Source: Vicinamibacteria bacterium (GTDB lineage Bacteria > Acidobacteriota > Vicinamibacteria > Fen-336). From it: 64,000 nt of DNA. Of the stretch, positions 45,458 through 55,050 are shown piece by piece. The translations under genes and the position numbers were made by a program. Under the pieces are notes generated by a model. It had not been told where the DNA came from and did no database searches. It saw nothing but the letters and a program-made list of their open reading frames with translations. The stretch is from positions 1 through 64,000 of the forward strand of contig JAMQGV010000048.1 of the NCBI GenBank assembly GCA_025994075.1. Reading direction: 5' to 3'. Within the stretch, counting starts at the first letter, position 1; every line of letters begins with the position of its first letter.

Positions 45458-47830
45458 TCAGCGGGCGGGCTGCACCGTGACGCCCCAGTAGTAGTGGCGC
45501 AGGATGGCGTCGAACTTCGCGCCGGCCCGGGCCAGCCCGAAGGCCCCGACCTGGCACAGCCCGACGCCGTGCCCCCAGCCCTTGCCGGTGAACACGAAGC
45601 GCGCGACCTGGCCGTCCGCGCCGTACTCGCGGTCGATCACGAACAGGTTCTCGCGCAGCCCGAGGCCCCAGCGCACCTGCAGCCCGGACAGGCTCAGCGT
45701 GCGCTCGGCGCCGACGACGTCGAGCTCGAGCACGCGGCCCGAGACGCCGAGCTGCCGCACCTTCAGGTCGCGCACGGCGCCCGGCGCGCCGTAACGTGCG
45801 ACGGCCTTCTCCACGTCCGCCGGCGTCAGCCGCACCTCCCAACGATAGAGGCGCGAGCTGCGATCGGCCGCGGCGCCGAGCCGCGTCTGTTCCACGTCCA
45901 GGTACACGGCCCGACCCGCTTCCTGCACCACGCGGACCCGGTCGCCGATCGTCAGCAGCAGCGCCGAGGCCGGGAGCGCGCGGCCCTCGTAGGCGCGGAA
46001 CAGCCGCGCGTCCGGCGCCACCGGCAGCGACCGCACCTCGTCGCCGACCTGCAGCGAGAGTTGCCCCTGCTCCAGGCCGCGGAACAGCCCCGAGACGAGC
46101 GCGGGCGGCCCGGCCTCGAGCGCCGCCCGGGCCAGCAGGCCGGCGGCTTCGGCCCGCGTCAGCGCGGCCTCGGGCCGCAGCCGGTTGCCGGCGTCGGGGG
46201 CCACCACGGCGAACCCGAGCAGGACCGCCGCGGCGCGACGCTCGGCCTCGCCGCCGAAGCCCGCCGCGTCCTCGACCTGCAGCAGGTACTCCGCGTCGCG
46301 CGGCGCCAGCAGGCGTTCGCCGCGCTCCTGCCAGCAGAGGCTGGAGACGACGTGGAGGAACGCGTTGCGGCGGCGGTTCAGCGGGGCCGTGGCGGTGCTG
46401 TCGCAGCCGCGCCGCTTGAGGGCGGCGACGAGGCGACTGGTCCAACCCCGGACCTCCTCGTCCGTGGCGATCCCCTCGAGGCCGCCGGCCGCCAGTCGCG
46501 CGTTTCCGAAGACGCCGAGTGCCACCAGCAACGCGGCATCCCGCGCGCGGTCACCGCCTTCGGTCCCCTCCGGACCGAGGCGGGCCGGAACCGTCGTCGT
46601 GCGCAGCGTGGCCCAGGCGCCCTGCTCCGGCACGCACGCGACTCCCGCGAGGTAGGGCGCGGGATCGCCGCCCTTGAACACCTGGGCGCCGTGTTCCGTG
46701 TGGCCGCCGCAGGTCGAGGTGTACAGGGCGTTGATCGGCCGCCCTGCGTGCGTCACCACGAGGCCGCGGGTCTCCGCGATCGCCTGGTCGGTGAGCGGGT
46801 GCTCGGTGCCCTGGCCGCGATAGACCTGGCAGGTGGGCGTGGCGCAGATGTCGTAGCCGAGCGACTCGAACTGGCCGCGGTTGCGCGCGGCGTAGGTCCG
46901 CGCGGCCACGGCCTGGGCCTTGAGCGCCTCGAGCTCCGGGAACGCGTTCGGCGACAGCTCGTTGGGCACCACGCCGCGCAGGTACTCCTCGAGCGGCAGG
47001 ACGTTGATGGCGGTGAGCGTGCCCTCCGGCGTCGCTCGCAGCTCGAAGCCGCCGCGATAGGGATCGGCTCCGACGGCCACGAACTCGTCGGCCGCGGCGG
47101 CCCGCACGCGCACGCCGAAGACCTCCTCCCCGGTCTCCACGATCCTCAGCTTGCCGGGGGCGCCGGCGCCCTCGGGCACGACGAAGCTGCCGCCGAAACC
47201 CTCGCGCGAGAGCGTGCCCGTGAAGAGGACCGCCTCCTCGCGGGTCGCGAAGGGACCGACCCTCACCTGCCAGGTGCGCGACGGCTCGCTCCACTGGAGG
47301 AGCGCCTCGCGGTGGGTCGTGGCGCCGACCTGCCGGGCCATCGCCTCGGCGGCGGCCTTGTCCATCAGGCTCGCGACCTGCACGCGATAGCCCGGTGCGA
47401 TCGCGGCGCCGCTCGGGAGCGCCGTGATGCGGGCCGCTCGAACGGGCTGCCCCCACTCCCCCGGCGCCCGCGCGACCCACACGTCGAGGCCCGCGTCGGC
47501 CCCCAGCGTGGCGCGCTTCGCCGAGGTCAGCACGCCGACGCGGATCGGGTCCGGACCGAGCCCCGCCTCCCACGCCCCCGGCGACGGGGGGGCTGGCGCC
47601 GAGGCGGGGGCCGGCGACGCCGAGGGCGCGGCTCGCGGGGCCTCCGGCACGACCGGAGGCGCCGAACTGCGGCACGAGGCCGCCAGCGAGACGGACGCCG
47701 CGAACAGCGCGACCAGCGACTGCCGCCACGTCGCGGAGCGGCGGCCACCCATCGCGCGGCGCACGAGCGACCAGCGGGCGCTGCGGGCCTTGCGCCGCGC
47801 GCCCTGTTCCATCCGGACCCAGGGGCTCAC
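45458..47830 (-). CDS. SpoIID/LytB domain protein (amidase enhancer-like), large secreted protein
   Basis: There is a signal/TM segment. The C-terminal SpoIID/LytB motif ...GKGWGHGVGLCQVGAFGLA is present. Confidence 0.7.
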   Translation of the reverse strand: MSPWVRMEQGARRKARSARWSLVRRAMGGRRSATWRQSLVALFAASVSLAASCRSSAPPVVPEAPRAAPSASPAPASAPAPPSPGAWEAGLGPDPIRVGVLTSAKRATLGADAGLDVWVARAPGEWGQPVRAARITALPSGAAIAPGYRVQVASLMDKAAAEAMARQVGATTHREALLQWSEPSRTWQVRVGPFATREEAVLFTGTLSREGFGGSFVVPEGAGAPGKLRIVETGEEVFGVRVRAAAADEFVAVGADPYRGGFELRATPEGTLTAINVLPLEEYLRGVVPNELSPNAFPELEALKAQAVAARTYAARNRGQFESLGYDICATPTCQVYRGQGTEHPLTDQAIAETRGLVVTHAGRPINALYTSTCGGHTEHGAQVFKGGDPAPYLAGVACVPEQGAWATLRTTTVPARLGPEGTEGGDRARDAALLVALGVFGNARLAAGGLEGIATDEEVRGWTSRLVAALKRRGCDSTATAPLNRRRNAFLHVVSSLCWQERGERLLAPRDAEYLLQVEDAAGFGGEAERRAAAVLLGFAVVAPDAGNRLRPEAALTRAEAAGLLARAALEAGPPALVSGLFRGLEQGQLSLQVGDEVRSLPVAPDARLFRAYEGRALPASALLLTIGDRVRVVQEAGRAVYLDVEQTRLGAAADRSSRLYRWEVRLTPADVEKAVARYGAPGAVRDLKVRQLGVSGRVLELDVVGAERTLSLSGLQVRWGLGLRENLFVIDREYGADGQVARFVFTGKGWGHGVGLCQVGAFGLARAGAKFDAILRHYYWGVTVQPAR

Positions 47831-48840
47831 GAGCCGACCGGTCCGTCCCCGTAGTAGAACGTCACGGCCATCGTCACGCTGGGCGGCGCGTAGTCGGCCG
47901 GCAGCGCGAGCAACTGGGACCCGAGCAGCGCGTTCTGTGCCGCGCGGTCGAGCGAGGGCGTGCCGGAGCTCTTGACGATCCGCAGGTCCGTGATCTTTCC
48001 GGCGCGGTCGAGCGTGAACGTGATGTCGACGTGACCGAGGAAGCCCATCATCGCGGCCTGCGGCACGATCCAGTTGCGGTAGACCTCGTTCTTGAAGTGG
48101 TTGAACCAGGCGGTGAAGTCGGCCCCCTGGTCGTCGAAGAACAGCGGCCCCATCTGCCGGCCCGTTCCCGTGGCCAGGCCCGCCGGCCCCGCCGCCCGCA
48201 TCCGGCGCTCCAGGCTCTCCTGCACCGCCGAGGAGAGCGGGCGCGCGCTGGCGTCGCGCGGGGGGCCGACCGGCACCTTGCCGTCTCCGGGCGGCAGCGG
48301 CAACCGCAGCCCGCCGGCCCGCCGGCTCTCCGGCCCGTCCACCTGGAAGGGCGTCGGCTGCGCGGCCGCCTGCGGCGCGGGCTGACGTTCGGCCTGGGCG
48401 ACCTGCGGCTTGTCGGCCCCGTCGCCCTCGCGGGTCCCCTTCGGCACCTGCGTCAGGTCGTCCTCGCGGCGCAGGATCAGCCGCTCCGCCCGCCGGTCCG
48501 ATGGCGCCCCCACGCTGATGCGGTCCTTCCCCGCTTCCGTGGGAGGCGGAGGCGGGGTGGGCACCGGCCGGGGTGCCGGAGGCGGCGCGGGCCGCGGCAT
48601 CACTTCGGCCAGCGCCGCGGGCGGCGGAAGGAACACGCGGCTGCGGACCTCGGGCGTTTCCGCCGGCTCGGGGAGCGGCAGGCGCAGGTCTCGGCCGGAC
48701 GTGGAGAGAAGCAGGGACATCGCGAGCAGGTGAATGAGCGCTGAAGCGAGGAAGCCCTGTCGGCGGTCGAAACGATCCATCCTGCTCGAAGGCGCTCCCA
48801 GCGAAACCCTTATCTTACTTGGACGCGCCAGGGGAGCCAA
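47827..48840 (-). CDS. TonB family energy transducer
   Basis: An N-terminal TM segment is followed by a Pro-rich spacer and a TonB C-terminal domain. It overlaps the SpoIID gene by 4 nt. Confidence 0.75.
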   Translation of the reverse strand: MAPLARPSKIRVSLGAPSSRMDRFDRRQGFLASALIHLLAMSLLLSTSGRDLRLPLPEPAETPEVRSRVFLPPPAALAEVMPRPAPPPAPRPVPTPPPPPTEAGKDRISVGAPSDRRAERLILRREDDLTQVPKGTREGDGADKPQVAQAERQPAPQAAAQPTPFQVDGPESRRAGGLRLPLPPGDGKVPVGPPRDASARPLSSAVQESLERRMRAAGPAGLATGTGRQMGPLFFDDQGADFTAWFNHFKNEVYRNWIVPQAAMMGFLGHVDITFTLDRAGKITDLRIVKSSGTPSLDRAAQNALLGSQLLALPADYAPPSVTMAVTFYYGDGPVGS

Positions 48841-48900
48841 ACGTCGCCCCTCTCCATTGTGGTACCTATCACAAGTTCACACAAGAACTTGCGGGGAGGC

Positions 48901-49827
48901 TCAGGAGCGGATGCGCTCCAGGATCGTCTCGGCCAGGGCCAGCGCCCGGCGCCCGTCGTGTCCCGAGACCACCGGCGGGGTCCGGGACGCGACGGCCTGG
49001 ACGAACGCCGCGAGCTGGCGGGCCAGCGGTTCCTCGTTCGGTGCGCTCGCCCGCTCGACCTCGATGTCCGGCTGACCGTTGCGGTCGTTGAGGCGGTAGA
49101 TCACCGCCTCCCGGCCCACGAAGTCGGCCGAGACGTAGGTCTTCGGCAGGAACACCCGGAACTTGCGGACCTTTTCGGCAGAAACCCGGCTGGCGGTCAG
49201 GTTCGCGATCAGGCCCGAGGCGAAGCGGAGCCGGGCGTTGGCGATGTCGACCTTGGGCGTCAGCACCGGGACGCCGACCGCGTCCACCTGGACCGCCTCG
49301 CTGCCGTCGAGCGCCAGGACGATGTCGAGGTCGTGGATCATCAGGTCGAGCACGACGTCGATGTCGAGGCTGCGCGGCGTGAACGGGGCCAGGCGGTGGA
49401 CCTCGACGAAGCGCGGGGCGCCGCCGCGGAAGAGCAGGTCGGCGGCGGGGTTGAAGCGTTCGATGTGGCCGACCTGGAGGATCCGTCCGGCGGCCTCGGC
49501 GGCCGCGATCAGCGCGTCCGCCTCGGCGAGGCTGGCGGCCAGCGGCTTCTCGACGAGCACGTCGCAGCCCGCCTCGAGCGCGGCGCGAGCCACCGCGAGG
49601 TGGTCGACGGTGGGCACCGCGACGGACACGGCATCGCACTCGGCGAGCAGTTCGGGCAGGCTCCCGAATCCCTGCCCTCCATGGCGCTCGGCCACCTCCC
49701 GGCCGCGCGCCACCTGCTGGTCGAACGCCCCCACGAAGCGGGCGTCGGGGGTGCTCGCGTAGACGCGGGCGTGGTGCTGCCCCAGGGCCCCGGTGCCGAC
49801 CACGCCGACGCGGATCGCCTCGCTCAC
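48901..49827 (-). CDS. Gfo/Idh/MocA family NAD(P)-dependent oxidoreductase
   Basis: The GTG start is preceded by GGAGG. The Rossmann motif IRVGVVGTGALGQHH and the EKP motif are present. Confidence 0.8.
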   Translation of the reverse strand: MSEAIRVGVVGTGALGQHHARVYASTPDARFVGAFDQQVARGREVAERHGGQGFGSLPELLAECDAVSVAVPTVDHLAVARAALEAGCDVLVEKPLAASLAEADALIAAAEAAGRILQVGHIERFNPAADLLFRGGAPRFVEVHRLAPFTPRSLDIDVVLDLMIHDLDIVLALDGSEAVQVDAVGVPVLTPKVDIANARLRFASGLIANLTASRVSAEKVRKFRVFLPKTYVSADFVGREAVIYRLNDRNGQPDIEVERASAPNEEPLARQLAAFVQAVASRTPPVVSGHDGRRALALAETILERIRS

Positions 49828-50645
49828 TCCCCCTCCTCGATGCCCCACACCGTGATGCTGGCGTCCTCCGCCGCGGCCAGGAACGCCGGGCGGTCGAGCA
49901 GCAGCGTGCGGCCCGCCTCGACGGCCAGCACCCGCGCCTGCGCCTCGGCCATCGCCTGCAGCGTGCCCGGTCCCACGACCGGCACGTCGAAGCGCATGTC
50001 CTGCTTCGGCTTCGCGACCTTGACCACGCTGCAGCCGGCGCCCGCGATGCGGCCCGCCCGCCGGATCGTCTCGTCGGTGCCCTCCATCGCCTCCAGCGCG
50101 ACCGCCGCCTGCGACTTCACGACCGCGGTCTGGCCCAGGTCGTGTCCCGAGAGCACCCGGGCGATGCGGGTCCCGTAGCGCACGTCCTTCTCCTCGTCGG
50201 CGGAGAGGCCGCGGCGGGTCATGCGCCCCGGCGTCGCGAGCTGATCGGCCAGCAGCTCGACGCTGGAGGCGAGGCGGATGCCCTCGCGCTCGAAGACGTC
50301 GGCCACGGCTCCGATCAGGCTGTCGGTGTTCTTGAACGCGAGCCGCGCCAGCACGCCCATCAGGGTCAGGTCCGGCACGATGCCCGCGAAGATCTGGCGG
50401 TGCTTGACCTGGCCCGCCATCACGGCCTCGCGCACGCCCGCGGCCTTCAGCGTCGCCACCGCCTTGCCGAGCTGGCCGAGCCCGATCGGGTGCCACTCGT
50501 CGACCTCGGCCTGCAGCTCGGGAAACGCCTCCTCGCGGATGGCGAGGGCCACCACCCGGCGGCCGCGAGCGCGAGCGGCGCGGGCGACCAGGAACGGGAA
50601 GCTGCCGTTGCCGGCGATCAGCCCCAGCGACTCCGGGCGCTCCAA
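49824..50645 (-). CDS. lpxI: LpxI family UDP-2,3-diacylglucosamine hydrolase (DUF1009)
   Basis: The N-terminus LGLIAGNGSFPF is LpxI-like. It is adjacent to lpxA. Confidence 0.7.
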   Translation of the reverse strand: MERPESLGLIAGNGSFPFLVARAARARGRRVVALAIREEAFPELQAEVDEWHPIGLGQLGKAVATLKAAGVREAVMAGQVKHRQIFAGIVPDLTLMGVLARLAFKNTDSLIGAVADVFEREGIRLASSVELLADQLATPGRMTRRGLSADEEKDVRYGTRIARVLSGHDLGQTAVVKSQAAVALEAMEGTDETIRRAGRIAGAGCSVVKVAKPKQDMRFDVPVVGPGTLQAMAEAQARVLAVEAGRTLLLDRPAFLAAAEDASITVWGIEEGE

Positions 50646-50649
50646 GGGC

Positions 50650-51903
50650 TCAGTCCTCGGCTTCGTCCTCGGCGCCGCCCGCGCGCCGGCGACGGGTGAT
50701 CACGCCGCGCTGGCTCTGGCGCACGAAGGCCAGCAGGGTCGCGACCTCCGCCGTCGCCGGGCACTCGGCCTCGATCTTCCGCACGGCTTCCGAGGTCGGC
50801 AGCTTCGAGGACATCAGCAGCCCGAACGCCTGGCGCACGGCCGCGATCGCCTCGCGCGAGAGGCCGCGCCGCTGCAGGCCGACGGTGTTGACGCCGTAGA
50901 GGCAGGCGCGGTTGCCGACCGTCTTCGAGTACGGCAGCACGTCCTGGGTGGCGATCGTGCCGCCGCCGATGAAGGCGTGGGTGCCGACCCGGCAGAACTG
51001 GTGCACGCCCGAGTAGGCGCCGACGGTCGCCCAGTCCTGGACCTCCACGTGGCCCGCCAGCGCGGCGTGGTTGGCGAAGATCACGTGATCGCCGACCTGG
51101 CAGTCGTGGGCCACGTGGGCGTAGGCCATCACGAGGTTGTCGGAGCCGATTCGGGTCACGCCGCCGCCGCCTTCGGTGCCGACGTGGATCGTGCAGCACT
51201 CGCGGAACGTGTTGCGGTCGCCGATCTCGAGGCGCGAGGCCTCGCCGTGGAACTTGAGGTCCTGCGGCGCGAGCCCTGCCGTGGCGAACGGGTAGAAGCG
51301 GTTGTCGCGGCCCACCCGCGTGTGCCCCCCGAGCACGACGTGCGACTCGAGCACGGTGCCGGCGCCGAGCTCGACCTCGGGGCCGACCACGCAGTAGGGG
51401 CCGACGCGGACGCCGGCGCCGAGCCGGGCGCCCGCCGCAACCCGAGCCGTCGGGTCGACCTCGGGCCGCGGCAGCGCGACGACGCGCAGGAACAGGGTCG
51501 CCTCCGCGACGCGGGCGTCGCCCGAGCGGACCTCGCCGCGCACCTTGCACAGCGGGCCGTGGCGGCGCAGCACCCGCACGTCGATCGACAGCCGGTCCCC
51601 CGGCAGCACCTGGCGCCGGAACTTGGCGCCGTCGATGCCGACGACGTGGACCTCGAGCAGGCTCGGGTCCCCGGCCTCGTTCAGCAGCCAGATCCCCGCC
51701 GCCTGCGCGAGGCTCTCGAGGATCAGCACCCCGGGCATCACCGGGGCGCCCGGGAAGTGGCCCTCGAAGAACTCCTCCGAGCCGGTGACGCCCTTGATCG
51801 CCCGCAGCCCGGAGTCGTCGTGGTCCAGCACCCGGTCGACCAGCACGAACGGGTACTGGCTGGGGATCTGGCGGATCAGGCGGCCGATGTCGATCGTCTG
51901 CAA
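50650..51903 (-). CDS. bifunctional FabZ (3-hydroxyacyl-ACP dehydratase) - LpxA (UDP-GlcNAc acyltransferase) fusion
   Basis: The N-terminal 145 aa form a hotdog FabZ (FEGHFPGAPVMPGVL). The C-terminal part is a left-handed beta-helix LpxA. There is no stop between them. Confidence 0.85.
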   Translation of the reverse strand: MQTIDIGRLIRQIPSQYPFVLVDRVLDHDDSGLRAIKGVTGSEEFFEGHFPGAPVMPGVLILESLAQAAGIWLLNEAGDPSLLEVHVVGIDGAKFRRQVLPGDRLSIDVRVLRRHGPLCKVRGEVRSGDARVAEATLFLRVVALPRPEVDPTARVAAGARLGAGVRVGPYCVVGPEVELGAGTVLESHVVLGGHTRVGRDNRFYPFATAGLAPQDLKFHGEASRLEIGDRNTFRECCTIHVGTEGGGGVTRIGSDNLVMAYAHVAHDCQVGDHVIFANHAALAGHVEVQDWATVGAYSGVHQFCRVGTHAFIGGGTIATQDVLPYSKTVGNRACLYGVNTVGLQRRGLSREAIAAVRQAFGLLMSSKLPTSEAVRKIEAECPATAEVATLLAFVRQSQRGVITRRRRAGGAEDEAED

Positions 51904-51982
51904 TGCCCCCTCGGAATGGACGAATCCGGGCGGCGTCGGCCCGTCGAGGGCCGGGCGCCGCCCGGGGTCGGCGACGGCGGGG

Positions 51983-52603
51983 CTAGTTGCCCGCCGGCGA
52001 AGCGGCCGGGGCCGCCGCGGGCTTGGGCTTGGCCGCGCGCTCGGCGTCGTCCGCCTTGACGATCACGTCGCGCGAGACGTCGTACTCCTTGGTCACCGCC
52101 AGCGCGGCCTGCGAGTCGAGCAGGATGTCGACGCCCTTGTCCTTGGCCACCGCCTCGACGATCGGCCGGATCTTGAGCTGGAACTCGTTGTTGAACTGCG
52201 CGGCCTGCTGCTGCGCGCGCTCGCGCATCCGGGCCAGCTCGGCCTGGGAGTCCTCGACGAACGCCTGGCGCTCGCGGGTCTTGCGCACGATCTCCTGCTG
52301 CTTCTTCTCCGCGCCCTCGGGCGAGAGCACGTTGGCCTGCTTCTCCAGTTCGTCGCGCAGCGCCTTGATCGCGGTGTCGAGCTTGTTCAGCTCGTTCTGC
52401 TTCTTGGTCGCCTCGGCGCCGATCTCGTTCTGCAGGTTCTCGATCTTCTGCGCGTAGCTCTTGCCGAGCAGGCTCTCGTTCGAGACCCGGGTCATGTCGA
52501 TGACCGCGATCTTGGGCGCCTTGGCGGGCAGCCCCGCGGCGGCAGGCTCCTGCGCGAACGCGACGGGCGCCGCGGCCAGCAGCAGCAGGGTGAGGCTCTT
52601 CGT
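51983..52603 (-). CDS. skp: OmpH/Skp family periplasmic chaperone
   Basis: There is a signal peptide and a coiled-coil Lys/Glu-rich body. It lies downstream of bamA. Confidence 0.8.
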   Translation of the reverse strand, partial: TKSLTLLLLAAAPVAFAQEPAAAGLPAKAPKIAVIDMTRVSNESLLGKSYAQKIENLQNEIGAEATKKQNELNKLDTAIKALRDELEKQANVLSPEGAEKKQQEIVRKTRERQAFVEDSQAELARMRERAQQQAAQFNNEFQLKIRPIVEAVAKDKGVDILLDSQAALAVTKEYDVSRDVIVKADDAERAAKPKPAAAPAASPAGN

Positions 52604-52632
52604 CATGATTTCTCCTTGAATGGAACGGCCCG

Positions 52633-55050
52633 TCAGAACGTGGTCCCGACGGCGAACTTGAACGTGGTCTTGGGCTGGAACTCGTCGCGGTGCGGGTTCC
52701 AGGCGTAGATCAGCCGGAACGGCACGTTGAGCACGGGCATCACGAAGCGCAGCTCGGCACCGGTCGAGGTGCGGAGCTTCCGGACCTCGAAGCGCTCGCC
52801 CTCCAGGAACGCCTGGCCCGCGTCGAAGTACAGCAGCGCGCGAAGCGGCCCCGCGATGTCCCAGTAGTACTCGGCGTTGAAGAGGAACGACTTGTTGCCG
52901 CCGATGGCGTAGCCGTTGGCGTCGCGCGGGCCGACGGTGCGCAGGTTGTAGCCGCGGATCTGGTTCTCGCCGCCCATGAAGAAGCGCTGGTAGAACGGCA
53001 GCGTCGGCAGCCCCGTCTCCGGGTTGATGGCCGCGGTCTCGTTGAACGGCCGGATGAACGACACCTCCGCGCGCAGGCCCAGCGCGGTCTTGCGCATGTG
53101 CGGCTTGTAGTAGATGGCCTCGAAGATCGGCCGCACGTAATCCAGCGTGCCGCCCAGCGGGCCGCCGGTGAGCTGGGTCGTGGCCGTCACCTTCCAGCCG
53201 GAGCGCGGCGTGTACGGGTTGTCGACCGTGTTGTAGACGAGCGACGGCGTCAGCCTGCTCTCGCGGCGCTTGCCGAGGTCGTCGAACAGGAACGGGTTGT
53301 TGAACAGCGGGATCGTGGGGTCGAACAGCCCCGGGTCGTCCAGCACCTCTTCCGAGTTCTCGATCTTGATCACCTCGTACGCGTACGAGGCGAACAGCCG
53401 GGTGAAGCGGCCGAGCGGGATGCCGGTCGTGAGGCTGAACCCGGTGCGGTCGTCGACGTAGCCCTGCAGGTTCTCGCCGGCGAAGGTCTGGTACTCGAGG
53501 CGCCGCCGGTAGACGTCGAAGCCCGCCGTGATCGGGCGGTCCAGGAAGTAGGGCTCGGTGACCGCGAGCTGGTAGACCTTGGTGCGGCGCCCGCTCTGCG
53601 CCGAGATCTGGAAGGTCTCGCCGAGGCCGAGGAAGTTCGAGGTCGAGAAGGCGAGGTTGATGAAGGTGCCTTCCAGCCCCGAGACGCCGCCGCCGAAGGT
53701 GAACTGGTTGCGGTTCTGCTCCTCGACCTTGAAGGTGACGTCGAGCTTGTCGTCGCCGAGCGGGCTCTGGGTGAGCTGCGGGATGCCCTCCATCGGCTTG
53801 AAGTAGCCGAGCTGGTTGATGCGCTTGATCGAGAGCTTCAGCAGTTCGGTGTTGAAGACGTCGCCCTCGGTCATGTAGACCTCGCGGCGGATCACCTTGT
53901 CGCGGGTCGTCTCGTTGCCGGTGAAGTTGATGCGGCCGACGAAGTAGCGCTTGTCCTCGTCCATCTTGAGCACGAGGTCGACGACCTTGCGCTCCGGGTC
54001 GGGCGTGCGCTGGGTCAGCGCGGTCCACTGGAAGTAGCCCTGCGCGCCGTAGGCGTCGCGCAGCTTCTCGTAGCCCTTCTTGATCCGCGACTCCTTGTAG
54101 ACGTCGCCGGGCTTGATCTTGAAGATCGGCAGCACCAGGTCGGGCTGGAACACCGTCATCCCGTCGATCTTCACCTCGCCGACGCGGTACTGGTCGCCTT
54201 CGATGACGGGGATCTCGAGGTGCGCCCACTTGATCGGCTTCTTCTTGAAGAAGCCCGACTTGCCGTCGGTGTAGGTGATCTTCGGCTCGCCCACCTGGGC
54301 CGAGACGTAGCCGTGGTTCAGGTAGAACTCGCGGATGTTCTCCTGGTCCTCGCCCCACTTCTCGCGGGTGTAGGTGGTCTTGCCCAGCAGCCAGGAGAAG
54401 TTCCAGAAGCCGGTCTTCTTGATCTTCTTCATCTGGCGCCGCAGGCGGCCGTCGCCGAAGTGCTCGTTGCCCTCGAACGCGATCGACTTGACCTTGGCCT
54501 TGGGCCCCTCGTCGACCGTGAAGGTGACCTGGACGCCGGCGCCGCCCAGGGTGCGCGCCGTGTGGGTGACGGTCGCGAACGGCCGCCCCTTCTCGTCGAG
54601 CATCTCGCGGATGATCGCCTCGACGCGGCGGGCCCTGGCCAGGTCGTAGAAGCTGTCGATCCGGAGCTGCGCCTCCTTCTCCTTCAGCTTGTCGTCGATG
54701 TTCGAGGTCGTGATCGCCTTGATGCCGCGGTAGTCGACGATCTGGACCCGCTTGCGCTCCTGGACCCGGAACACGACGACCTTGCCGCGGCGCCCGTCGA
54801 CCACCTGCAGCGACATGTCCTCCAGGAAGCCGGTGTCCCACAGGCGCCGGAAGTCCTCCTTGAGCTTGATCTCGTCGAGCGCCTCGCCCGCCTTCGTGTG
54901 GACGTAGAAGAGCAGCGTGTCCTTCTGCAGGAACTGGTTGCCCTGGAGGTCGACGCGCTCGATCAGCGGAGCCTCGGGCTCGACCTGGGCGTACAGGGCG
55001 CGCCCGTAGACGAGGGCCGCGAGGGCCGCGGCCCGGACCGTGCGCTTCAT
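52633..55050 (-). CDS. bamA: outer membrane protein assembly factor BamA
   Basis: POTRA repeats are followed by an Omp85 barrel that ends in F. The start overlaps the clpC stop (ATGA). Confidence 0.9.
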   Translation of the reverse strand: MKRTVRAAALAALVYGRALYAQVEPEAPLIERVDLQGNQFLQKDTLLFYVHTKAGEALDEIKLKEDFRRLWDTGFLEDMSLQVVDGRRGKVVVFRVQERKRVQIVDYRGIKAITTSNIDDKLKEKEAQLRIDSFYDLARARRVEAIIREMLDEKGRPFATVTHTARTLGGAGVQVTFTVDEGPKAKVKSIAFEGNEHFGDGRLRRQMKKIKKTGFWNFSWLLGKTTYTREKWGEDQENIREFYLNHGYVSAQVGEPKITYTDGKSGFFKKKPIKWAHLEIPVIEGDQYRVGEVKIDGMTVFQPDLVLPIFKIKPGDVYKESRIKKGYEKLRDAYGAQGYFQWTALTQRTPDPERKVVDLVLKMDEDKRYFVGRINFTGNETTRDKVIRREVYMTEGDVFNTELLKLSIKRINQLGYFKPMEGIPQLTQSPLGDDKLDVTFKVEEQNRNQFTFGGGVSGLEGTFINLAFSTSNFLGLGETFQISAQSGRRTKVYQLAVTEPYFLDRPITAGFDVYRRRLEYQTFAGENLQGYVDDRTGFSLTTGIPLGRFTRLFASYAYEVIKIENSEEVLDDPGLFDPTIPLFNNPFLFDDLGKRRESRLTPSLVYNTVDNPYTPRSGWKVTATTQLTGGPLGGTLDYVRPIFEAIYYKPHMRKTALGLRAEVSFIRPFNETAAINPETGLPTLPFYQRFFMGGENQIRGYNLRTVGPRDANGYAIGGNKSFLFNAEYYWDIAGPLRALLYFDAGQAFLEGERFEVRKLRTSTGAELRFVMPVLNVPFRLIYAWNPHRDEFQPKTTFKFAVGTTF

